From Barnesiella sp. (lineage in GTDB: Bacteria; Bacteroidota; Bacteroidia; Bacteroidales; Barnesiellaceae_A), in assembly GCA_045645425.1 (NCBI GenBank), contig JAZRIS010000004.1, forward strand, positions 21,817 to 85,816: a stretch of 64,000 bases of DNA, written 5' to 3'. The translations under genes were made by a program, and so were the position numbers. The notes below the pieces were generated by a model, which made no database searches, was not told the origin of the DNA, and saw nothing but the letters and a program-made list of their open reading frames with translations. Numbering within the stretch: the first letter of the stretch is position 1; every line of letters begins with the position of its first letter. Below, piece after piece: positions 41,064 to 48,497 of this stretch.

Positions 41064-41096
41064 GAGACCCGGTCGCATCGGCGGGGTTTCTTTTTT
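41064..41096 (+). terminator. intrinsic terminator inside the greA leader
   Basis: GAGACCC (41064-41070) pairs with GGGUUUC (41084-41090), with an inner GUCG-CAU-CGGC stem, followed by U6 (41091-41096). It lies about 15 nt downstream of the predicted TSS and 66 nt upstream of greA. Confidence 0.5.
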
Positions 41097-41162
41097 ATTG
41101 TGCCCTGTATGAGATAACATATATCAACAACAATATTAACAACAGATTATATACACCGTATT

Positions 41163-41633
41163 ATGGCTTACAACTATATGACCGAAGAAGGTCTGAAAAA
41201 ACTCAAAGAAGAACTCAACCACATGGAGAGCGTAGAGCGTCCCCGTGTAGTAGCCGCTATTGCCGAAGCACGCGACAAAGGCGACCTCTCGGAAAATGCC
41301 GAGTATGACGCCGCCAAGGAAGCTCAAGGCATGCTCGAAATGCGCATCGCACAACTCAAAGACACCATTGCCAATGCCCGCATCATCGACGACAGCCGAC
41401 TCAACACCGAGGAAGTGCAACTACTCAACCGTGTGAAAATCAAAAACATTGCCAACGGAGCATCAATGGAATACACCATCGTATCGGAAACCGAGGCCGA
41501 CCTCCGTGCCGGTAAAATTTCTATCGCCACACCCATCGCCAAGGCACTCTTGGGACACCATGTAGGCGACATTGTTGAAGTGCAAGCACCCGCAGGAAAA
41601 ATAAAATTTGAAATCCTCGAAATTGCCATCTGA
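41163..41633 (+). CDS. greA: transcription elongation factor GreA
   Basis: 156 aa. MTEEGLKKLKEEL...SENAEYDAAKEAQ coiled coil plus a C-terminal FKBP-like domain. Confidence 0.95.
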   Translation: MAYNYMTEEGLKKLKEELNHMESVERPRVVAAIAEARDKGDLSENAEYDAAKEAQGMLEMRIAQLKDTIANARIIDDSRLNTEEVQLLNRVKIKNIANGASMEYTIVSETEADLRAGKISIATPIAKALLGHHVGDIVEVQAPAGKIKFEILEIAI

Positions 41634-41670
41634 CAAGACACAATCTACAACGAAAAAACAATACAAACAC

Positions 41671-41710
41671 AGAGGCCGCAGCTCACACAGCCACGGCCTC
41701 TTTCTTTTAT
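41671..41710 (+). terminator. intrinsic terminator after greA
   Basis: agaggccg-15 nt-cggcctct followed by ttcttttat. Confidence 0.6.
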
Positions 41711-41778
41711 ACCCCACCCGCCCCCAAAAAATCATTTTAGCGAGTAGCTTATCTAAAAGTCCTTTTTCAATCTATTCA

Positions 41779-44700
41779 TTACGATGCATATACACCCGTG
41801 GGGCTATATCCCGGTGGCGTTATAACATTATGGATATTATCTATATACTTTCCAAGTGGAATCATGTATGGAGTGAATAGCACCAAACGCTCGTCAAATG
41901 GAGATTCGTTCACTACAATTTCCTTTGTAATATCACCATTCTCACACACATACTGCACGATGGTGTTCAAGAAATCCTCCTGTTCAGCATTGAGTTCACT
42001 ATCCGTCAAGAAATCACTAAATTTCTCCAAAGCCTCCCTTCTATCTACACCTATCAGTGAGCGGATAAAGGCTGCCACATTACCCCCACACAACATTCCT
42101 TGTGTATGGACGGCATAATCCTCCTTACTTCCAAGTTCCTCCCACAAGATGCGCTCAAGCTCATTAACATCCTCCAAGGTAAGCTGTTCGAGATTGTATA
42201 TTTTCTTCAGTACGGGTAGGTTTCTATTGGCTGCAAGGAAGTCTATAATGCGCTGCTTGTACGACACTCGCATAGGCACACTCTCGGCACTACCATCATC
42301 GGTTATGATATCTTTGATGTCGATTACAAATTTCTTGCCTTTATCTCCTACAAGGAACTGCAACAACTCTCTCAACTCCTTGCGCACCTTCTCCAACCAA
42401 CCGAGTGATACATTCTCCCACGCTGCTACCGACAATACATCCATCAGCGTTGCCATCTTGGCTTGCACTTGCGGTAGTGTTGCTTTTTTCTCAATGAGTG
42501 TTTCGGCAATGTTTTTTACTTTAGCAATCTTTCTGTCTGCTTTCACTTCGTCGCTCACAAGGCTGAGCTCTATGGCTAATACCAACGCATCGAATATCTT
42601 TGCCGTAGGCTCTAAAGTGTTCTTGGGTAAGAGTTGAGCTATCTCATTCTTCAAGGTGTGCACATCAACTTCCGACAGCGACAGCCATGCATTTTCGTCT
42701 TTGAAGTGGCTTACATCAGCCCATTTGGCACGCACCGATATATGGCTATCCGACAATGCCATTACTTGCTCCTTCAAGATGACTTTCAATTCATCGTGTA
42801 GCGAACGACAATACTCATCCTCTTGATACTTTTGATGTTGCAAGTAGAAAGCTATATCGGCTCTCAACCCAAATATACGTTCGGTAAGCGACATAGATGA
42901 TGGTGCCGTTTGGCCGTTGGGATTCTTCTCAAAATACTCAAAGTTTCGACACCAATCGAAGATGTAGAAACACTCCTTGTCCTTACCATCTCCAAAGATA
43001 TTTTCTGACAAACGAGTGCCACGACCTATCATCTGCATAAACTTAATCTTGCTCTTCACAATCTTAAAGAATACCAAGTTAAGCACATCGGGCACATCAA
43101 TTCCGGTGTCAAGCATATCTACCGATACGGCTATTTGAGGATTATTATCTCTTACCTCAAACTTATCAATCAAATCCTGTGAATAAGTCACATAATTGTC
43201 TATCAGCACACAGAAGTCTGCCCCATATTCGGGATATAGCTTGTTGAAGCGTTCTACTATCAGTTCGGCATGGCTATGGTTGTAGGCAAATATGATACTC
43301 TTACCTATTCGCTCGCCATACTGCACCTTTTGGCCATTCTCCATCAGGTCTTGCAATACTGCATCAACTGTCGAGATATTGAATATATAGCTGAATATCT
43401 CGTTATTGGATATATCACGCACATATTTCGGTGTGCCATAGGTCATTTGAGGTTCGGCAGCAACATTATGCATTTCTTCGGGCTGTTCATAGCCTTTCAT
43501 TGCCTTTGTTATCTGCTCATACTCCCATATCTGCTCCATCTGTTGCTTCTCCTCGGCAGTGAGGTTGGCATATTTGATACCCTCCTTCAGAATCATCGAG
43601 CCCCGCTTGAAGCCATGATAGTTTACCAAATATCCCTCCGATACAGCATCCTCCAACTCGTAGGCATAGTTTGGCACTCCCTGCTCCATCTCAAATATGT
43701 CGTAGGTGCTCTTCTCAACCTCATCTCTTGGGGTTGCAGTCAGACCCACAAGCATTGCATCGAAGTAGTTGAATATCGCTCCGTACTTGCCAAAGATTGA
43801 ACGGTGTGCCTCATCAATGATTATCAGGTCAAACCTACCCACCGAGAATGGTTTGTCATCAGTGTCGATGTAGTTAATCATTGTCTGATAGGTGCTGAAT
43901 GTGATGCGGGCATTCAGGTCTCTATCCCCGTTATCACTCAATACGCAGGTCGTGGTCGAGGGCAACAACTTCACAAAGTTCTTGTGTGCCTGACCTACGA
44001 GTGAGGTGCGGTCAGCAAGGAACAGCACATTTTTCACCCATCCATTCCTCATCAGCACATCCACCAACGATATGGATACTCGTGTCTTTCCCGTACCTGT
44101 TGCCATCACAAGCAGAGCCTTACGGTGTTTCTTGTTCAGGTGCTCACACACCGCCTTGATTGCCATCTTCTGATAGGCTCGGTCGGTGATGTGGTCTTTG
44201 ACCGTGAAATCTGTTATATCCCTCCTGCTCCTCTGTTGAATCATCCACTCCAAGTCGTTAGCCGTATGGAAGCCAAACAATCTGCGAGGAGGATAACCCA
44301 ATCCGTCAATTATATATGTCTCAAAACCATTGGTGTAGTATATCACAGGTCGCACACCATACTGCTTCTCCAAACAATAGGCATATAGTTCTGCCTGATG
44401 CTTGCCCTTGATGGGTGAAACAGATGTACGCTTTGCTTCAACTACTGCTAAAGGTTTGCCGTTACCACCAAACAACACATAATCCACATATCCCACCTCG
44501 TGAGCATTGGGCATACCCTTAACCTCTACCTCAATGCACGCTTTCAAAGGCTGCACAGCACCCTCAGTGGTGAGAATATCCCATCCTGCCTCCTTCAGCA
44601 TCAGGTCAATGTACATCCTTCGTGTCTCTGCCTCCGATATATCACACGCAATCTCCACCACAGGCTCTGGTGCTTTTACTGCCTCCTTGTCGGCAATGGT

Positions 44701-45183
44701 GATAATGGGGTCGGTAGGTTGCAGTACAACCCTTGTAGGTATTATAGTAGCTTGTTCGGTTGTAGAGGGTATTAAACTCTTGTCAAATGGTTTTACATCT
44801 TCAACCACACGCAGTTTCACGAGGATAGCACCCACAACATTATAGATGTTCAGTAGCGAGAAGAAAGCCTCCTTACGACTCACTGGCGAGGCGGCATGAG
44901 CTGCATTATTGCCCACCTTGCGCACATAGTGCACCGCCATCATCACCCTATCATCGCCTATAAACTCGCGAAAAGGCTCGCCATCAACAAGCTCAAACAG
45001 CGATGTGCGCTCACCTATGGGTAGGTTCTTCATTTCATACAGAGCCCTAACAATATACTCCAGCGCCCTGCGAGAGTTGATAGCACTTATCTCAGGGTTG
45101 CACACCTGATTATCCTCTGCCGCCGAACAAAATCGGTAGAGTTCATCAAGACCTAAATCGCGTATGTAGTCGAAATTTCTCAT
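41779..45183 (-). CDS. hsdR: type I restriction endonuclease subunit R (N-terminal DUF4145-like domain, EcoEI-type C-terminal domain)
   Basis: 1134 aa. It has a PD-(D/E)xK nuclease region, SF2 helicase motifs MATGTGKT and IIDEAHRS, the VDMLDTGIDVP motif, and a C-terminal region resembling the EcoEI R C-terminal domain. The N-terminal ~130 aa (..ALEYIVRALY..VRKVGNNAAHA) resemble DUF4145. Confidence 0.95.
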   Translation of the reverse strand: MRNFDYIRDLGLDELYRFCSAAEDNQVCNPEISAINSRRALEYIVRALYEMKNLPIGERTSLFELVDGEPFREFIGDDRVMMAVHYVRKVGNNAAHAASPVSRKEAFFSLLNIYNVVGAILVKLRVVEDVKPFDKSLIPSTTEQATIIPTRVVLQPTDPIITIADKEAVKAPEPVVEIACDISEAETRRMYIDLMLKEAGWDILTTEGAVQPLKACIEVEVKGMPNAHEVGYVDYVLFGGNGKPLAVVEAKRTSVSPIKGKHQAELYAYCLEKQYGVRPVIYYTNGFETYIIDGLGYPPRRLFGFHTANDLEWMIQQRSRRDITDFTVKDHITDRAYQKMAIKAVCEHLNKKHRKALLVMATGTGKTRVSISLVDVLMRNGWVKNVLFLADRTSLVGQAHKNFVKLLPSTTTCVLSDNGDRDLNARITFSTYQTMINYIDTDDKPFSVGRFDLIIIDEAHRSIFGKYGAIFNYFDAMLVGLTATPRDEVEKSTYDIFEMEQGVPNYAYELEDAVSEGYLVNYHGFKRGSMILKEGIKYANLTAEEKQQMEQIWEYEQITKAMKGYEQPEEMHNVAAEPQMTYGTPKYVRDISNNEIFSYIFNISTVDAVLQDLMENGQKVQYGERIGKSIIFAYNHSHAELIVERFNKLYPEYGADFCVLIDNYVTYSQDLIDKFEVRDNNPQIAVSVDMLDTGIDVPDVLNLVFFKIVKSKIKFMQMIGRGTRLSENIFGDGKDKECFYIFDWCRNFEYFEKNPNGQTAPSSMSLTERIFGLRADIAFYLQHQKYQEDEYCRSLHDELKVILKEQVMALSDSHISVRAKWADVSHFKDENAWLSLSEVDVHTLKNEIAQLLPKNTLEPTAKIFDALVLAIELSLVSDEVKADRKIAKVKNIAETLIEKKATLPQVQAKMATLMDVLSVAAWENVSLGWLEKVRKELRELLQFLVGDKGKKFVIDIKDIITDDGSAESVPMRVSYKQRIIDFLAANRNLPVLKKIYNLEQLTLEDVNELERILWEELGSKEDYAVHTQGMLCGGNVAAFIRSLIGVDRREALEKFSDFLTDSELNAEQEDFLNTIVQYVCENGDITKEIVVNESPFDERLVLFTPYMIPLGKYIDNIHNVITPPGYSPTGVYAS

Positions 45184-45197
45184 AAACTCAAGATTTT

Positions 45198-46391
45198 TCA
45201 GAATGGTAAATCATCTCCTTCAACAAAAGTGAAATCACCTTCGTATCTGAAATATTGTTTTAATAATTGACTTACTCTTTTTTGAAGGTACTCATCTTCG
45301 TTAAGTGCTCTCAATACATCATTATTATCTATCAAAGGATGGCAGCTTACTGCTAATTCAAGTATATCGTCTTTTTTAAGTGGAGTTATTGATATACCCT
45401 TAATAGTTGCGTGCGGTATTGCTCCGTTAATTATAATTCTAACATCACCTTTTATGGTATCCTCAAATAATTTCCAAAACATACCTAACTTATCCTTATC
45501 ATCAAAAATATTCTCGTAAAAATATTTGATAAGTTTTGGCAAAGTTCGGGCATTTTCTTGGTGCAGGTAATCAAACAACTTTAATCTATAATCAAAAATA
45601 TCCTTTTTTATAAAATTAACAATATAAAAATCATCTATTTTATTTACAATGTGCCTATTAAGGTAATTGATATGGGTAATATCGGTGCTATCAATCTCAC
45701 CATCTTTATCAAGATGAGATTGAATCATATCTCCATCAAAAATAGATAGAATATGAAATGTATAATACCGATTATATGGTCTATTATTATGGTGCTCTAT
45801 ACGAGAGCGTTTTTCCATATCCAAAGCCTTGATAGGTGTGATAATTGAATCGTGCAACGCCTCATTTTTGGCAATAACCCAATGCCGTTCTTCCTTTGTT
45901 CTATTTTTTTCTTTTACCTTAGTTATATTCTCGGTTAAAACTTGATATGCAAACACTCGTTTGTCAAAATTGTACAAATGTTTTATCGCTCTATGGTCTA
46001 AATACCTGTCAATAATTATTTCACGATGATTTTTGGTCATATATGACAAGACTTTATCATTCGTGCAATAATGATATGGAGTCCAATCGGTATTAACATC
46101 ATTATGGTTTGCATCACGAGTTAAAAAACACCATTTGCTTGCAGAGCTTTTCTTGCAACTAATAATGAGAGATGTTATGTATTCAATCTTTTCAACATCA
46201 TCCTTCTCAACCTTATATGCAATTATATCGATTTCTCGCTCTACTCCTTTTACATCATCGATGTATTGGCGATTCGTAATTGTCTGCCAATCATGTTTGC
46301 GAAGAATCCCATCTACATAGTGTTCCAATGGGAAACCTGAACTTTCAATCGCATCCTTAATATCTTGCTTTAATGCTTCATCCATAATCAT
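45198..46391 (-). CDS. hypothetical protein: N-terminal Mrr-like PD-(D/E)xK fold fused to a ~290-aa domain of unknown function
   Basis: 397-aa ORF that is very AT-rich. It lies 5 nt after hsdS and 14 nt before hsdR. The core ..YIDDVKGVEREIDIIAYK..(22 aa)..LIISCKKSS (nt 46146-46259) resembles the D...(Q/E)xK core of Mrr-type nucleases. I recognise nothing in the rest. Confidence 0.75.
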   Translation of the reverse strand: MIMDEALKQDIKDAIESSGFPLEHYVDGILRKHDWQTITNRQYIDDVKGVEREIDIIAYKVEKDDVEKIEYITSLIISCKKSSASKWCFLTRDANHNDVNTDWTPYHYCTNDKVLSYMTKNHREIIIDRYLDHRAIKHLYNFDKRVFAYQVLTENITKVKEKNRTKEERHWVIAKNEALHDSIITPIKALDMEKRSRIEHHNNRPYNRYYTFHILSIFDGDMIQSHLDKDGEIDSTDITHINYLNRHIVNKIDDFYIVNFIKKDIFDYRLKLFDYLHQENARTLPKLIKYFYENIFDDKDKLGMFWKLFEDTIKGDVRIIINGAIPHATIKGISITPLKKDDILELAVSCHPLIDNNDVLRALNEDEYLQKRVSQLLKQYFRYEGDFTFVEGDDLPF

Positions 46392-46396
46392 TGCAT

Positions 46397-47533
46397 TTAG
46401 TTAAAGTAATACGACATTCTGCTGTTAAACAACTCTTCGGTCTCGGATATGGATTTTTTAATCAACTCCTTTTGCTTCTCTATCGCCTCAATCTTATCTG
46501 CAAACTCTTGTTGGAGAGCAAGTGGTGGTAATATTATTGGTATAGAACTGACAATTTTAAGGTTAAGATTTGCTTGATTTCCACCTTTTGCCATTGCTCT
46601 AATACTTTCATATTTGATTAGCAATAATTCATATATAAAATCCAATATACATCTTGACTCATCTAACATTATGGCTGCACACGCTTGATTTGTCGCTGCA
46701 CTTATCTTTAACTTTGCTATTTGTCCTCTTGTTTTACCTTGGCCATACATAGCCATCAATAAAGTGTTAGGTGGATAAACCTTGCAATTAGTTTGTTCTA
46801 TCGCTAATTGTGTGATAGTTTCTTCTGTGCTATGTATATCACAATTTTGTACTTCAGTTGTTTTCACCCAATGTATCTCTCCCCCATAATATAACTCTTC
46901 TTTTTCTCTGCTTGGAGTTGCACCCGTTCCTATTGTGCTAACATCTCTTAAACATTTGACTTCCCAACCTTTTTCGTTGGTGATGGGGTCGCCAAACATT
47001 TGGTAGAAGATTGACTGCGCCAACGCATCAAGTTCTCGCAACTGCTCACGCTTCTTCTCAATCACACCACTCAAGCAATCCAACTCCACCACTATCCTCT
47101 CCTGCTCCTCACGAGGTGGAACAGGGATAGACAACTCTTTTAATGCTTCTTTGCCAATAGACTTAAATGTTGAACCCGTACCCTGCGCAATCAACTTCTC
47201 CTTATTAGCAATCAGAGCGTGGTAAATATATTCATTTGCAACCTCTGCGTTATTTCTAATAGATGCCAAACCTCGACCAATGCAACATTTACAATCGGCA
47301 ATATTTATTGCTCCAATAGGAGCACGCACAGAGATAAGAATATCATCAACATCTGCAATTCGTATAGGAGCATTGCAATATACTCTAATAGAGGGATGTA
47401 TCTTGCCGAAATCAGCATTGCCTTGAAAGAATGGCAATCCCTCAGAGTCATTATATGTATCAGAACTTGGAGATTGACCCATAGTAATAGAACAAACCTC
47501 TCCGAGTTTCTTTATTTTCCAACCTTGTTTCAT
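46397..47533 (-). CDS. hsdS: type I restriction-modification specificity subunit
   Basis: 378 aa with two target-recognition domains. These are separated by the conserved coiled-coil spacers (..EKKREQLRELDALAQSIFYQMFGDP.. and ..LALQQEFADKIEAIEKQKELIKK..). Confidence 0.9.
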   Translation of the reverse strand: MKQGWKIKKLGEVCSITMGQSPSSDTYNDSEGLPFFQGNADFGKIHPSIRVYCNAPIRIADVDDILISVRAPIGAINIADCKCCIGRGLASIRNNAEVANEYIYHALIANKEKLIAQGTGSTFKSIGKEALKELSIPVPPREEQERIVVELDCLSGVIEKKREQLRELDALAQSIFYQMFGDPITNEKGWEVKCLRDVSTIGTGATPSREKEELYYGGEIHWVKTTEVQNCDIHSTEETITQLAIEQTNCKVYPPNTLLMAMYGQGKTRGQIAKLKISAATNQACAAIMLDESRCILDFIYELLLIKYESIRAMAKGGNQANLNLKIVSSIPIILPPLALQQEFADKIEAIEKQKELIKKSISETEELFNSRMSYYFN

Positions 47534-47760
47534 AGTTTTTTATACTCAATCCACTCAATTTGTGATCTATCTTTACCAATTAAAATAGTTGCCCCAAATT
47601 TGAATTTATATTCTCCTGACAAATCCATATATTTTTGAATTTTATCTTTATCCTCTTTTTGGTTGTTATACCATTCTGTCTTAAATTCTAACACTAACAA
47701 ATTGTCGGTATTCACCTCCCTTTGTGTCAAATCCTGTAACACTTTTTTAGGACGATACAT
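47530..47760 (-). CDS. 76-aa hypothetical protein translationally coupled to hsdS
   Basis: ATG start at 47760. Its TGA overlaps the hsdS ATG (ATGA at 47533-47530). It contains ..TDNLLVLEFK.., reminiscent of a D..ExK strand, and its tail loosely resembles the C-terminus of PDDEXK_9-type domains. Confidence 0.5.
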   Translation of the reverse strand: MYRPKKVLQDLTQREVNTDNLLVLEFKTEWYNNQKEDKDKIQKYMDLSGEYKFKFGATILIGKDRSQIEWIEYKKL

Positions 47761-47783
47761 AATTTATAATGTTAGTATCGGGG

Positions 47784-48494
47784 TTATACATATTTGCAAA
47801 ACTTTTCAATTTTTTCCAGAAAATGCATTTGGCATATATATTTTCTTTCTTGGATAAATTGTAATATGCTTTCTTTCAATGCTCTTTTGTATTCGTCAGA
47901 TGGCGTCCTTTCAACCATGGAGTCTATTAAAAGTACGTAATCGCCATAGCTTGCATTAATTCCAGCTCGGTTATCGTAGTTGTCGATATAAAGAATTTCT
48001 CTATCCATTTCCATGTGTATAAGAAACTGTACAAATAATCGCATAGAATAAACCAAACTTTTATAGTATTCAACTTCCTTTTTATTGTTAGGAAGCCAAA
48101 TTTTGAAGTCTATTGATTTTTCTGCCAATTGAACATCAAATTTTGTTATTTGAGTTTGTAAATGCTCTAAATAGTTTTTATACATTTTACGATGAATGGG
48201 CATTGAAAAATATTCGTACAAACGATTTAGAAGAACTTCTGCAAAGAAATCAATATCTCTAATTATTGCATACATTTGACGATATAATTCATAACCATTT
48301 TGCTTGGTTTGTTGCCGTTGCAGTAGGTACTGTCGCCAGCCCAGCCATGCCATAATGACTGCATTGACTATGGTAATGCCTATAACCCACCAATCGGGGC
48401 CATTTACTGCCTCGATTAGCTGCTCAAGAGTTGCATTGTGGCTATCTACCGCCTCAGCAAGCCTCTCTATTACCTGTCTGCTATCCTCATCCAT
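47784..48494 (-). CDS. hypothetical single-pass membrane protein
   Basis: 236 aa. It has an acidic 34-aa N-terminus and one TM helix WWVIGITIVNAVIMAWLGW (nt 48336-48392) followed by a basic RQYLLQRQQTK segment. A ~180-aa helical domain with no motif I recognise follows. It starts 3 nt after the stop of the AlbA_2 gene. Confidence 0.7.
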   Translation of the reverse strand: MDEDSRQVIERLAEAVDSHNATLEQLIEAVNGPDWWVIGITIVNAVIMAWLGWRQYLLQRQQTKQNGYELYRQMYAIIRDIDFFAEVLLNRLYEYFSMPIHRKMYKNYLEHLQTQITKFDVQLAEKSIDFKIWLPNNKKEVEYYKSLVYSMRLFVQFLIHMEMDREILYIDNYDNRAGINASYGDYVLLIDSMVERTPSDEYKRALKESILQFIQERKYICQMHFLEKIEKFCKYV

Positions 48495-48497
48495 TGG

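Noticed and set aside
46397-47533. Phase-variable hsdS shufflon
   Set aside because: There is only one hsdS gene, no silent half-hsdS copies, no inverted repeats within it that I can see, and no adjacent recombinase.
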